Shown here: positions 1-13,674 of the stretch, piece after piece
Numbering within the stretch: position 1 is the first letter of the stretch
Layout of the letters: each line of letters opens with the position of its first letter
Assembly: GCA_039923775.1 (NCBI GenBank)
Contig: JBDTCC010000022.1
Location: 5,649 to 69,648 of the forward strand
Direction: 5' to 3'
Length of the DNA stretch: 64,000 nt
Origin: Gallionella sp.
GTDB lineage: Bacteria > Pseudomonadota > Gammaproteobacteria > Burkholderiales > Gallionellaceae
Notes under the pieces: model-generated
What the model was told of the DNA's origin: nothing
The model's database searches: none
Seen by the model: the letters and a program-made list of their open reading frames with translations, nothing else
Made by a program: the position numbers and the translations under genes

Positions 1-34
1 TCGCAACATTCGTTAGGCACCTGAATCCCACCCT

Positions 35-3701
<3,667 letters not shown>

Positions 3702-3726
3702 TTAATTCTTTCTTTTTTAACCTTAA

Positions 3727-3742
3727 TGTTTCACGTGAAACA
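3727..3742. promoter_or_regulatory. parS centromere site (ParB binding)
   Basis: Perfect TGTTTCACGTGAAACA, the canonical parS consensus, inside a 24-bp perfect palindrome (3723-3746) between dnaN and gyrB. Confidence 0.93.
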
Positions 3743-3755
3743 TTAAATAGAATTG

Positions 3756-4862
3756 TTATATGCGCATTGGCATAACGACATAACGGAATTCCTGGTTTTC
3801 AGCTGTGGTGATTAAAATACTGCTATTGGGGTCCCCGAACGAAAATACTACCGTTTCACTACTGATATTATTCAAACCATCCATCAGGTAATTAACGTTA
3901 AAGCCTATATCTAAAGCCTCGCCGTGATATTCGGTTTCAATTTCTTCCTGAGCCTCTTCGTGTTCACTGTTGCTGCTGATGATACTAAGATTTTTCTCGG
4001 TCAGGATGAAACGTACACCCCTGAATTTTTCATTGGACAAAATCGCGGCTCGTTGTAGCGCTTGCTGAACCAGAACGCGATTCATATTAAGATGATTACT
4101 GTATTTAGGAATAACCCGATCATAGTCAGGAAATTTTCCATCAATTACTTTGCTTATCAAATAAATTCCGGAAAAAGATACTTTAGCTTGTTGTGCCGTA
4201 AATTCAACTTGAACCGTTTCATCAGTATCAGAAAGTAGCTTGCATAGTTCCGATACCGCTTTGCGTGGAAGAATGATTTCCTGTTTTTCATGATTTCCTT
4301 CAATGATGTTTGCATTGAAGGCTAAACGGTGACCGTCTGTTGCTACAGCTTTTATTTTATTTCCTTCAATAATTAATAAAACGCCATTTAGATAGTACCG
4401 CACATCCTGTTGTGCCATAGCATATTGTACTGATAATAATAACTTTTTAAGTACTGATTGAGCTAGGACAATTTTATTTGCATTTACTAATTGATCGTTT
4501 AATTTCGGAAAATCTTGTGATGGTAATGTTTGCAGTGTAAAACGGCTCTTATTGGTTTTTATCTGAGCTTTATTTTCTTTGGTTTCAATTGATATTTTAC
4601 TTTGATCGGGAAGAATACGAAGGATTTCCTGAAGTTTCTTTCCTCCTACAGTGATACTGGATATTTCTTCCCCATTATTTTTTGCTTCTATTGTGGTCGT
4701 TATTTGTATTTCAAGATCTGTGGCAGTAAAACGAATTCTATCTATTTCTTTTTCAATCAATACATTGGATAAAATCGGCAAGGTTTGTTTACGCTCTACA
4801 ATTCCAATAACTAACTGCAGCGGTTTCAGTATGGTTTCTTTTTCTGTTTTATCAATAAACAT
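3756..4862 (-). CDS. dnaN: DNA polymerase III beta sliding clamp
   Basis: 368 aa: TLPILSN, ATDLE, ATDGHRLA, GKFPDYDRVIP, IGFNVNYL, C-terminal VVMPMRI; sits between dnaA and gyrB. Confidence 0.99.
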   Translation of the reverse strand: MFIDKTEKETILKPLQLVIGIVERKQTLPILSNVLIEKEIDRIRFTATDLEIQITTTIEAKNNGEEISSITVGGKKLQEILRILPDQSKISIETKENKAQIKTNKSRFTLQTLPSQDFPKLNDQLVNANKIVLAQSVLKKLLLSVQYAMAQQDVRYYLNGVLLIIEGNKIKAVATDGHRLAFNANIIEGNHEKQEIILPRKAVSELCKLLSDTDETVQVEFTAQQAKVSFSGIYLISKVIDGKFPDYDRVIPKYSNHLNMNRVLVQQALQRAAILSNEKFRGVRFILTEKNLSIISSNSEHEEAQEEIETEYHGEALDIGFNVNYLMDGLNNISSETVVFSFGDPNSSILITTAENQEFRYVVMPMRI

Positions 4863-5068
4863 ATATATAAATTCCTAATAACACTAATAATGATCGGTAA
4901 TTTTGTTAATAAGTCTTATAAAGACAATTAAAACAATAATATATAAAATTAAAATCTTGCTGATTTGTTGTTGATTAAAAAGAAGATCAATGTTTATAAC
5001 TTTATTTAACTGCCGGTTGTGCTTTTTATGAACATATTATCAACAGCATTTTCACTGTTTTATCCACG
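4863..5068. other. Probable chromosomal replication origin (oriC)
   Basis: Very AT-rich dnaA-dnaN spacer. Four one-mismatch DnaA boxes: 4991-4999 (reverse, TTATAAACA), 5026-5034 TTATGAACA, 5037-5045 TTATCAACA, 5060-5068 TTATCCACG. A 13-mer-like GATCTTCTTTTTA lies on the minus strand at about 4976-4988. Flanked by parS sites. Confidence 0.7.
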
Positions 5069-6415
5069 CAATGTCTGTAATAAAATTTTGTAGTCTGCAT
5101 CTATCGTTGTATCAGATATCCTTAGTAAAGATACCGTTTTACATGCATGAATGACTGTTGAATGATCTTTGCCGCCAAATGAATTTCCAATTTCCGGCAA
5201 ACTTAAAGTAGTCAGCTCCCTGGCTATAGACATGGCTATTTGTCTTGGGCGAGTGAGGTTTCTAGTACGCTTTTTAGATAACAACTCTGCCATTTTAATT
5301 CTGTAATAATCCGCAACTGTCTTTTGGATGTTATCTATAGAAACTAGGCGACTTTGTGCCACCAAAATGTCTTTTAATGATTCTCTCGCTGTATCAACGG
5401 AAATAATACGTTTGTGAAACTTGGCATAAGCTTCAACCCGCTTTAATGCACCCTCGAGTTCACGGACATTTGAATTAACATGCTTTGCTATAAAAAAGGC
5501 GACAGCATCGTTAAGAGAATAGCCGCTAATGGCCGCCTTTTTCAACAAGATCGCAACCCGCATTTCCAGTTCTGGGGGCTCTATTGCTACTGTTAACCCC
5601 CAACCAAAGCGGGATACCAAACGGCTCTCTAACCCTGATATTTCTTTAGGAAATGTATCACTAGTCAGAATAACCTGCTTGTGTGAGTCAACTAATGTAT
5701 TGAATGCGTAAAAGAACTCTTCTTGTGTTTTGGCTTTGCCAGCGAAAAATTGAATATCATCGATCAGCAGCACGTCAAGAGAGTGATAAAACTGCTTGAA
5801 TTCCTCAAACTTATTTGTCTGATAGGCCCGAACAACGTCTGCAACATACCTTTCAGCATGCATGTAAGAAATTTTTGATTGCGGGTTGTTAAGCCGAATT
5901 TGATTACCAATGGCTTGTAATAAGTGAGTTTTACCCAAGCCAACACCACCGTAAACAAACAAAGGGTTGTACGATACCCCTGGTAACCCGGCTACTTGCG
6001 TTGCTGCAGCGAAAGCCAATTGGTTGGCTTTGCCTATTACAAAATTTTCAAATGTCAGGCTGGGGTTCAGCTTACCATAACCCCTAAAGGTTGTTTCGAT
6101 CTTGGGTTTGCTTTCAACCGGAGCAATAGTTTTTTGTGCTTGTGGGGTCTTTGGTGATTTATTTGTTGCGGTGGATTCAAGTATACGAAATTCAAAAGGT
6201 GGGACTGATTTGAATGCCAATCCTGCCTGTCTGCTTATTTCAGGTAAAAAACGTTCCTGAACCAATTTGAGCGTAAAACTATTTGGTGCTGTAAGCACCA
6301 AAGCTCCATTTTCGCTTTTAAGATGCAGCGGCCTTATCCATGAGTTGTATTGTTGTGGCGGCAGGCTCTTTTCAAATGAGCTGAGGCATGAATCCCAAAA
6401 AGAAATGTCCTGCAT
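5060..6415 (-). CDS. dnaA: Chromosomal replication initiator DnaA
   Basis: NPLFVYGGVGLGKTHLL Walker A, LLIDDIQF, SNVRELEGAL, GGKDHSTVIHA. Start placed at ATG 6415 (MQDISFW) rather than 6472 because a promoter -10 lies at 6464-6459. Confidence 0.98.
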   Translation of the reverse strand: MQDISFWDSCLSSFEKSLPPQQYNSWIRPLHLKSENGALVLTAPNSFTLKLVQERFLPEISRQAGLAFKSVPPFEFRILESTATNKSPKTPQAQKTIAPVESKPKIETTFRGYGKLNPSLTFENFVIGKANQLAFAAATQVAGLPGVSYNPLFVYGGVGLGKTHLLQAIGNQIRLNNPQSKISYMHAERYVADVVRAYQTNKFEEFKQFYHSLDVLLIDDIQFFAGKAKTQEEFFYAFNTLVDSHKQVILTSDTFPKEISGLESRLVSRFGWGLTVAIEPPELEMRVAILLKKAAISGYSLNDAVAFFIAKHVNSNVRELEGALKRVEAYAKFHKRIISVDTARESLKDILVAQSRLVSIDNIQKTVADYYRIKMAELLSKKRTRNLTRPRQIAMSIARELTTLSLPEIGNSFGGKDHSTVIHACKTVSLLRISDTTIDADYKILLQTLRG

Positions 6416-6458
6416 AGTTGAACTCGGGGATATTTTTAGCAAGTTTGAATGATTTAGC

Positions 6459-6489
6459 ATTCTACAGGTCATGCCTAAACTTATCCACA
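6459..6489 (-). promoter_or_regulatory. dnaA promoter with overlapping perfect DnaA box
   Basis: Minus strand: -35 TGGATA (6487-6482), 17-bp spacer, -10 TAGAAT (6464-6459). Perfect DnaA box TTATCCACA at 6481-6489 covers the -35. Confidence 0.7.
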
Positions 6490-6510
6490 GGCATTAAAGT
6501 AAAAATTGAC

Positions 6511-6539
6511 TTGACACATATGGTGTAAGGCTTTGTAAT
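6511..6539 (+). promoter_or_regulatory. sigma70 promoter of rpmH operon
   Basis: TTGACA (6511-6516), 17-bp spacer, TGTAAT (6534-6539), 33 bp upstream of the rpmH ATG. Confidence 0.8.
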
Positions 6540-6572
6540 AGTGCGCTTTACGATTTGCCTGAGGAAGAAAAC

Positions 6573-6707
6573 ATGAAACGTACATACCAACCATCAGTAA
6601 TAAAGAGGAAGCGCACCCATGGTTTTTTAGTGCGCATGAAGACACGTGGAGGAAGAGCCGTTATCAGGGCGCGTCGCGCCAAGGGCCGTGCCAGACTCGC
6701 GGTCTAG
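6573..6707 (+). CDS. rpmH: 50S ribosomal protein L34 (44 aa; below the ORF-track cutoff)
   Basis: Manual translation: [44 protein letters not shown]; GAGG SD upstream. Confidence 0.98.
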   Translation: MKRTYQPSVIKRKRTHGFLVRMKTRGGRAVIRARRAKGRARLAV

Positions 6708-7056
6708 TTTCACTGCCCAACTCTCTGCCGTTTGTAGATTATTACGTGCGGACGGTTTTGATCATGTTATACACGCTGAGAATATCGCGGATAAACATTT
6801 CAAAATATTTTTTGCTCGTAATCGCCTGAACAATGCTCGACTTGGGATAGTTGCCAGCAAAAAAACTTTACCCAAAGCAATAGATCGAAACCGCGCCAAA
6901 AGATTGATTCGGGAAGTTTTTCGACATCACGGCATCAAACTTTGTAGCCTGGACTTGGTTGTAATGGTGCGAGGCGATTATTCACGGGAAGTCAATTCGC
7001 GGGTCGAAAGTTTGGATAAATTATTTAGCCAAGTAAAAAAACGATGCGCAGAATAG
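6688..7056 (+). CDS. rnpA: Ribonuclease P protein component
   Basis: RLGIVASKK and [16 protein letters not shown] (RNR motif). Start uncertain; the nearest in-frame start is GTG 6688, overlapping rpmH. Confidence 0.93.
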   Translation: MPDSRSSFTAQLSAVCRLLRADGFDHVIHAENIADKHFKIFFARNRLNNARLGIVASKKTLPKAIDRNRAKRLIREVFRHHGIKLCSLDLVVMVRGDYSREVNSRVESLDKLFSQVKKRCAE

Positions 7057-7253
7057 TAATTACACTGATACGCGGCTATCAATATCTAATTAGCCCGCTT
7101 TTTACTCCGACCTGCAGGTTTACTCCCAGTTGCTCAAATTATGCCCGTGATGTTGTAACAAAACACGGTGTATTGAAGGGGGGTTGGCTCAGCATTAGAC
7201 GCTTGTTGCGTTGCAATCCCTGGAACCCCGGCGGATACGACCCCGCGCCCTAA
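7044..7253 (+). CDS. yidD: Membrane protein insertion efficiency factor
   Basis: [30 protein letters not shown]. Confidence 0.96.
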   Translation: MRRIVITLIRGYQYLISPLFTPTCRFTPSCSNYARDVVTKHGVLKGGWLSIRRLLRCNPWNPGGYDPAP

Positions 7254-7267
7254 CATTAGGCTAAATC

Positions 7268-8941
7268 ATGGATCTTCAAAGAATATTTTTGTTTTTAATT
7301 TTTGCTTTTTCATTGATGCTTGTTTGGGATGGTTGGCAGCGCCATCAACATCCTCAACTGGTTCAAAGCAACACGGCTGCAAACAATGAATTGCCATCAC
7401 AGTCAGCTATCCCTTCAGTATCACCATCACAGCAAGGTGCTTTGTCGGGAAAGAGCACAAGCTCCGCAAGCATAGTTCAGCAATTGGCTCAGCAGGAACC
7501 TGGAAAAATTATCAAGGTAAAAACTGATTTTCTGGAAGCGGAAATTAGTACAATTGGTGGTGATATCAGCTACTTAGAATTGCTGAAACAAGCTGATACT
7601 ATTGATAAGAGCAAGCCGCTGGTGCTATTCGACCGCGGAACTGGAACTCACAATTATTTTGCAGAAAGTGGATTGATCGGGGCTGGTCTTCCTAATCACA
7701 ATACCCTGTTTGATTCTGAACAAGATCATTATGAACTTTCCGGCAATGCGGAACAGCTTCAGGTCAGACTGAAAGCAGAGGGAAATTCCAAGCTTAAAGT
7801 GACGAAGGTAATCACCTTTCACAAAGGCAGTTATGTGATTGATGTTGCCTATGAAATGGAAAATTCAGGTCAGCAACCAATTACGGCTAGCAGCTATTTT
7901 CAATTGATTAGGGATAGTGTGGCACCAGCCGGTAGCCTTAGATTTTTGCCAACTTACACAGGCGTGGAAGTCTATACAGACAAGGAAAAGCTTAAAAAGG
8001 TTAAATTCACTGATATCGACAAGGGAACGTTGGACTATCCAAAGCAGGCAAACAACGGATGGATAGGAATTTTACAACATTACTTTGTTTCAGCCTGGTT
8101 GCCCAAGGAAAACACTGACCGCGAGTATTACACGCATAAACTTGATGGTGGGTTGTATGCTGTTGGGATAGTTTTACCTAGCCTGGTTATTGACCCGGGA
8201 CAGAAGGTGAGCGAGAGCACCAGGCTTTATGCGGGCCCAACCGAGGCAACTCTCGATAAGATCGCACCTGGTTTTGGTCTTACGGTGGACTATGGATGGC
8301 TGACTATCATAGCTGTTCCGATATTCTGGGTCATGTCATGGTTTCACTCCTGGATAGGAAATTGGGGTGTTTCAATCATTTTGCTCACCTTTTTGATCAA
8401 GTTAATATTTTTCCCTCTTTCGGCTGCCAGTTATCGTTCTATGGCTAAGATGAGATTGGTTGCCCCAAAACTGGAAAAAATCAAGAAACAATATGCTGAT
8501 GACCGCGAACAGTTGAATCGCGCCATGATGGAATTGTATAAAACCGAAAAAATTAACCCATTAGGGGGGTGTTTGCCGGTTGTAATCCAAATACCTGTCT
8601 TTATTGCTTTATATTGGTCTATTTTGGGGAGCGTCGAGATGCGCAACGCTCCATTTTTCGGCTGGATAACAGATTTGTCATCCCCGGACCCATATTACAT
8701 TTTGCCGCTGATTATGGGCGCGAGCATGATTATTCAAATGCGACTTAACCCCAAGCCGGCTGACCCCATGCAGGCCAAAGTAATGCAATTCATGCCTATT
8801 GCATTCAGCGTGATGTTCTTCTTTTTCCCGGCAGGTTTGGTGTTGTATTCCATCGTGAATAACGTGCTATCCATTACTCAGCAATGGTTCATTACCCGTC
8901 GAGCTGAAGCTGAGAGCAAAGGTGCTGTCGCCAAACGCTGA
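7268..8941 (+). CDS. yidC: Membrane protein insertase YidC
   Basis: 557 aa: VDYGWL, GNWGVSII, INPLGGCLP, DLSSPDPYYILP, GLVLY. Confidence 0.98.
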   Translation: MDLQRIFLFLIFAFSLMLVWDGWQRHQHPQLVQSNTAANNELPSQSAIPSVSPSQQGALSGKSTSSASIVQQLAQQEPGKIIKVKTDFLEAEISTIGGDISYLELLKQADTIDKSKPLVLFDRGTGTHNYFAESGLIGAGLPNHNTLFDSEQDHYELSGNAEQLQVRLKAEGNSKLKVTKVITFHKGSYVIDVAYEMENSGQQPITASSYFQLIRDSVAPAGSLRFLPTYTGVEVYTDKEKLKKVKFTDIDKGTLDYPKQANNGWIGILQHYFVSAWLPKENTDREYYTHKLDGGLYAVGIVLPSLVIDPGQKVSESTRLYAGPTEATLDKIAPGFGLTVDYGWLTIIAVPIFWVMSWFHSWIGNWGVSIILLTFLIKLIFFPLSAASYRSMAKMRLVAPKLEKIKKQYADDREQLNRAMMELYKTEKINPLGGCLPVVIQIPVFIALYWSILGSVEMRNAPFFGWITDLSSPDPYYILPLIMGASMIIQMRLNPKPADPMQAKVMQFMPIAFSVMFFFFPAGLVLYSIVNNVLSITQQWFITRRAEAESKGAVAKR

Positions 8942-10265
8942 TACTATCGCCGCAGTTGCGACTGCTCAGGGGCGGGGCGGGGTTGGGATAGTCCGTATAT
9001 CTGGTAGCAGCCTGCGAGCGCTAGCCAACGGCATCCTGGGGAGTCTACCTAAACCCCGGCATGCAACATACGGTAACTTTCTGGATGACAAAGGCGATGT
9101 TCTGGATCAGGGCATCGCTTTGTATTTTCCCGCACCTCATTCATACACAGGCGAAGAAGTCATGGAATTGCAAGGCCATGGCGGCCCTGCTGTATTGCAA
9201 TTGTTATTGCAGCGCTGCCTTGATCTGGGAGCGCGCTTAGCACAACCGGGTGAGTTTACGCTTCGCGCCTACCTGAATGACAAGCTCGACCTTGCTCAGG
9301 CAGAAAGTGTAGCCGACCTGATCGATGCCAATACCGAAGAAGCTGCAAAAAGCGCGATGCGCTCACTGCGCGGCGAGTTTTCCGCCGCCATTCATGGGTT
9401 GGTTGCGGATCTCATCAATTTGCGCATGATGGTGGAAGCAATGCTGGATTTTCCTGAAGAAGAAGTGGAAATGACGGATATCGAGCATCGTGATGCGATG
9501 TTGAGTAGCATCCGGTTGAAGTTAAAGGCCACACTGGAAAGTGCCAAGCAGGGTAGTTTGCTGCGGGAAGGAGCTCATGTTGTTATAGCCGGACAGCCAA
9601 ATGTTGGAAAGTCCAGCCTGCTGAATCTGTTGTCAGGTGAGGAGTTGGCTTTGGTCAGCGATACTCCCGGCACGACCCGAGATGTAATCCGTCAGGTCAT
9701 CCAGGTTCGCGGCGTGCCGTTGCACATTATGGATACGGCGGGACTACGACAATCTCAAGACGAAGTCGAAAACATGGGTATTGCCCGCACTCATCAGACT
9801 TTATCACGTGCCGATCTGATACTGCTGCTGCTGGATGCGAAACAGGGTATGACGGCAGGTGATGAGGAAATACTTGCAATGCTTCCTGCAGAGATACCTC
9901 GATTGCTGGTGTATAACAAGGCTGATTTATTGGCGAGCAAAGCAACCGCTAATCCGCAAATTCATGGATCCATCCTTGTTTCGGCAAAAACCGGAGAAGG
10001 ACTGGAAGATCTGCTCTCCAAGTTGCTGGATGCAGTGGGATGGCGTGATCAGGAAAGTGGTGTATTTATGGCGCGCGAGCGCCACTTGCGAGCCTTGCAA
10101 TTGGCACAAGCCCACCTTAGTCAAGCGCAAATTGTACTGACTCGCGCGGAGTTATTTGCCGAGGAGTTGCGGCTGACACAAAATGCCCTGAATGAAATTA
10201 CCGGGGAATTCACTTCAGATGATTTGCTGGGAGAGATTTTCAGCCGCTTCTGCATTGGAAAATAG
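8922..10265 (+). CDS. mnmE: tRNA modification GTPase MnmE
   Basis: TIAAVAT, SYTGEEVMELQGHGG, GQPNVGKSS, DTAG, NKAD, C-terminal FCIGK. Confidence 0.98.
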   Translation: MLSPNADTIAAVATAQGRGGVGIVRISGSSLRALANGILGSLPKPRHATYGNFLDDKGDVLDQGIALYFPAPHSYTGEEVMELQGHGGPAVLQLLLQRCLDLGARLAQPGEFTLRAYLNDKLDLAQAESVADLIDANTEEAAKSAMRSLRGEFSAAIHGLVADLINLRMMVEAMLDFPEEEVEMTDIEHRDAMLSSIRLKLKATLESAKQGSLLREGAHVVIAGQPNVGKSSLLNLLSGEELALVSDTPGTTRDVIRQVIQVRGVPLHIMDTAGLRQSQDEVENMGIARTHQTLSRADLILLLLDAKQGMTAGDEEILAMLPAEIPRLLVYNKADLLASKATANPQIHGSILVSAKTGEGLEDLLSKLLDAVGWRDQESGVFMARERHLRALQLAQAHLSQAQIVLTRAELFAEELRLTQNALNEITGEFTSDDLLGEIFSRFCIGK

Positions 10266-10272
10266 GCGATAT

Positions 10273-10288
10273 TGTTTCACGTGAAACA
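10273..10288. promoter_or_regulatory. parS centromere site (second copy)
   Basis: Perfect TGTTTCACGTGAAACA in the mnmE-mnmG spacer. Confidence 0.93.
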
Positions 10289-10350
10289 CAATGTTTGGGA
10301 TTGCGGCCCGGCTGTTGTATGATGCGCGTCCTTTTCAAAGCTATAGCGAC

Positions 10351-12252
10351 ATGGAATTTCCTGACATATTCGATGTAATTGTGGTGGGTGGCGGACACGC
10401 AGGAACAGAGGCGGCCTTGGTCAGCGCGCGCGCTGGCTGCAAAACCTTGTTGCTGAGCCATAATATTGAAACTTTGGGGCAGATGTCATGTAATCCGTCC
10501 ATTGGTGGCATAGGCAAGGGGCATTTGGTCAGAGAGGTAGATGCGCTCGGTGGAGCAATGGCTGCTGCTACAGACGAAGGTGGCATCCAGTTTCGCATCT
10601 TGAATTCGAGCAAAGGTCCAGCAGTTCGAGCGACGCGTGCTCAGGCTGACCGCCTGTTGTACAAACAAGCGATCCGTACCCGTATTGAAAATCAATCCAA
10701 TCTTTGGCTGTTTCAACAGGCGGTGGATGATCTGCTGGTTGAGCAAGATCGAGTCTGTGGGGTAATTACGCAAATTGGCTTGCGTTTTCGTTCGAAAAGT
10801 GTGGTATTAACAACAGGCACATTCTTGTCCGGCCTGGTTCATGTTGGCCAATCAAACTACCAGGCGGGGCGTGCCGGAGATCCGCCCTCCGTCAGTCTGG
10901 CACACCGTCTGCGGGAGTTGAAATTACCGATGGGACGGTTAAAAACTGGCACACCTCCACGTATCGATGGTCGAACCATTGATTATTCGGTCATGCAGGA
11001 GCAGCAGGGCGATAATCCGATACCGGTGTTTTCTTTTATGGGGCGCGCGTCCCAGCATCCAAAACAGTTGTCCTGCTGGATTACCGAAACCAACCTGCGC
11101 ACGCATGACATTATTCGTGGCGGACTGGATCGTTCTCCAATGTTTACCGGGGTGATCGAGGGTGTGGGCCCACGTTACTGCCCATCCATCGAAGATAAAA
11201 TCACACGCTTTGCGGATAAATCCTCGCATCAGATTTTTCTTGAGCCGGAGGGTTTGACAACGCATGAAGTCTACCCAAACGGCATTTCCACAAGTTTGCC
11301 TTTTGATGTGCAATTGGATTTGGTGCGTTCTATCAAGGGGTTGCAAAATTCCCATATCTTGCGTCCCGGCTATGCGATCGAATACGATTATTTTGATCCA
11401 TGCGGCTTGAAAAATTCTCTGGAGACCAAGGCAATTCATGGGTTGTTTTTCGCGGGGCAAATAAACGGTACTACAGGTTACGAGGAAGCCGCAGCGCAGG
11501 GGTTGTTGGCGGGACTTAATGCGGCATTGCAAACAAGGGAGCAGGATGCGTGGTGTCCGCGCAGAGATGAGGCCTATCTGGGTGTACTGGTGGATGATTT
11601 AATTACGCGTGGAGTTTCCGAGCCATATCGCATGTTTACCAGTCGGGCAGAGTATCGGTTGCAATTGCGCGAGGATAACGCGGATTTGAGGCTGACCGAA
11701 ATCGGCCGTAAGTTGGGCATCGTGGATGACATACGCTGGCAGGCTTTCGAGCGCAAACGGGAATCGATCTCGCGTGAGCAGGAACGGTTGCGCAACACTT
11801 GGGTTAACCCGCGGAATTTGCCCACCGAAGACGCAATCAGGGTGCTGGGCAAGCCGATAGAGCGCGAGTATGCATTGCATGAATTGTTGCGTAGACCGGA
11901 TGTCACTTATGCCAGCCTGTTAACCCTGCCCGGCGCGGGTATTGGGGTGGAAGATGAAAAAGTCGCTGAACAGGTGGAAACCCAGGCGAAATATCACGGC
12001 TATATTGAACGCCAGCACGACGAAATCGGACGTAATGTACAAAATGAAACGTTAACGCTGCCAAGTGCATTTGACTATCGTGAGGTGCGCGGGCTGTCTA
12101 TTGAGGTGCAGCAAAAACTCAATTTGCACAAGCCCGAAACAATAGGGCAGGCTGCACGGATTTCCGGTATTACTCCCGCGGCAATTTCATTGCTGTTGGT
12201 GCACCTGAAACGTGGTTTTCGAGATACTCGTACAGCGCAAAAGCTTGCATGA
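10351..12252 (+). CDS. mnmG: tRNA uridine-5-carboxymethylaminomethyl modification enzyme MnmG (GidA)
   Basis: [50 protein letters not shown]. Start set at ATG 10351. Confidence 0.98.
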   Translation: MEFPDIFDVIVVGGGHAGTEAALVSARAGCKTLLLSHNIETLGQMSCNPSIGGIGKGHLVREVDALGGAMAAATDEGGIQFRILNSSKGPAVRATRAQADRLLYKQAIRTRIENQSNLWLFQQAVDDLLVEQDRVCGVITQIGLRFRSKSVVLTTGTFLSGLVHVGQSNYQAGRAGDPPSVSLAHRLRELKLPMGRLKTGTPPRIDGRTIDYSVMQEQQGDNPIPVFSFMGRASQHPKQLSCWITETNLRTHDIIRGGLDRSPMFTGVIEGVGPRYCPSIEDKITRFADKSSHQIFLEPEGLTTHEVYPNGISTSLPFDVQLDLVRSIKGLQNSHILRPGYAIEYDYFDPCGLKNSLETKAIHGLFFAGQINGTTGYEEAAAQGLLAGLNAALQTREQDAWCPRRDEAYLGVLVDDLITRGVSEPYRMFTSRAEYRLQLREDNADLRLTEIGRKLGIVDDIRWQAFERKRESISREQERLRNTWVNPRNLPTEDAIRVLGKPIEREYALHELLRRPDVTYASLLTLPGAGIGVEDEKVAEQVETQAKYHGYIERQHDEIGRNVQNETLTLPSAFDYREVRGLSIEVQQKLNLHKPETIGQAARISGITPAAISLLLVHLKRGFRDTRTAQKLA

Positions 12253-12884
12253 ACTTGGCCGAAGAATTGCAAAGCGGTATCGAGCAAATGGGCATTGCGC
12301 TAAGCATGAAGACGCAGAACAAGCTGCTAGATTATTTGGCCTTGCTGCACAAGTGGAACAAAGTCTATAACCTCACCGCAATTCGCAATCCGCAACAAAT
12401 GGTAAGTAATCACTTGCTTGATAGCCTTTCTGTACTGCGGCATTTGTGGCCGGGCCGGTGGCTGGATGTGGGGTGTGGTGCAGGTTTGCCTGGAGTGGTT
12501 CTGGCGATAGCACAGCCGGATTGGAGTTTTACCATGCTGGATAGCAACAGCAAAAAAACCAGTTTTGTGCAGCAGGCAATTATCGATTTGGAATTGCGCA
12601 ACACAAGCGTAGTCTGCGCGCGCGTAGAAGAATGGCAACCTGCAGAACGATATGACGGAATCATTTCTCGGGCATATACGGAATTGGGCGGCTTTTTACG
12701 CAGTACCCGACATCTTGCAGCGGAGCACGGACGTTGGGCGGCGATGAAAGGATCGCCGGAACAAGAGTTGGCGGTGATACCGGGCGAATGCAGGGTAGAT
12801 CGTGTCATACCATTACAGGTGCCAGGTTTGCATGCGACACGGAGCCTGATAATTGCAACATGCAACTGGAGCGAGGCAACATGA
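12249..12884 (+). CDS. rsmG: 16S rRNA m7G527 methyltransferase (GidB)
   Basis: [31 protein letters not shown]; follows mnmG. Confidence 0.96.
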   Translation: MNLAEELQSGIEQMGIALSMKTQNKLLDYLALLHKWNKVYNLTAIRNPQQMVSNHLLDSLSVLRHLWPGRWLDVGCGAGLPGVVLAIAQPDWSFTMLDSNSKKTSFVQQAIIDLELRNTSVVCARVEEWQPAERYDGIISRAYTELGGFLRSTRHLAAEHGRWAAMKGSPEQELAVIPGECRVDRVIPLQVPGLHATRSLIIATCNWSEAT

Positions 12885-13663
12885 CGAAGATATTAGCTGT
12901 AACCAATCAGAAAGGCGGAGTTGGAAAAACCACGACCACCGTAAATCTGGCAGCCAGCCTGGCAGCCGCCAAGCAGCGTGTATTGTTGATAGATCTTGAT
13001 CCACAGGGCAATGCTACTATGGGCAGCGGCATAGACAAGCGTGATTTGCGGGCCAGCATCTATGAAGTATTGTTGGGCAGCAAAACCATAGCCGAAGCTC
13101 GGACATATTCCGAAGCCGGGAAATACGATGTGCTACCCGCCAATCGAGATTTGGCAGGTGCGGAAATCGAATTGGTGGGCATTACTGAACGCGAGATGCG
13201 GCTGCGAGATGCGGTGCAATTGATAGCCGCAGAATATGATTTCGTACTTATCGATTGTCCGCCCGCACTTAATTTATTGACCCTGAACGGATTATGCGCG
13301 GCGAAATCGGTGATGATCCCGATGCAATGTGAATACTATGCGCTCGAGGGTTTGAGCGATCTCGTGAACACGATCCGAAAAGTACGCGCCAACCTGAACC
13401 CGGATTTGGAAATTGAGGGATTGTTGCGCACCATGTTTGATCCGCGAAATGCACTGGCGCAGCAAGTTTCGGATCAGTTGGAAGAACATTTTGGCAGCAA
13501 AGTATATCGTACCGTCATTCCGCGCAATGTGCGCCTGGCGGAAGCGCCCAGCTTTGGTGTGCCGGTGTTGTATCACGACAAATTGTCCAAAGGCACACAA
13601 GCATATCTGGCTTTGGCCGGTGAACTATTGAATAACGCAGCGCAACCTGCTGCAACGGTATAA
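12881..13663 (+). CDS. parA: Chromosome partitioning ATPase ParA/Soj
   Basis: NQKGGVGKTTT, DLDPQGNAT, IDCPPAL, PMQCEYYALEGL, VRLAEAPSFG. ATG 12881 overlaps the rsmG stop. Confidence 0.97.
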   Translation: MTKILAVTNQKGGVGKTTTTVNLAASLAAAKQRVLLIDLDPQGNATMGSGIDKRDLRASIYEVLLGSKTIAEARTYSEAGKYDVLPANRDLAGAEIELVGITEREMRLRDAVQLIAAEYDFVLIDCPPALNLLTLNGLCAAKSVMIPMQCEYYALEGLSDLVNTIRKVRANLNPDLEIEGLLRTMFDPRNALAQQVSDQLEEHFGSKVYRTVIPRNVRLAEAPSFGVPVLYHDKLSKGTQAYLALAGELLNNAAQPAATV

Positions 13664-13674
13664 AGGGATTTATT

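Noticed and set aside
6646-6687. ORF-track N-terminal extension of rnpA
   Set aside because: It is an alternative frame of rpmH; a later GTG gives a normal-length RnpA.
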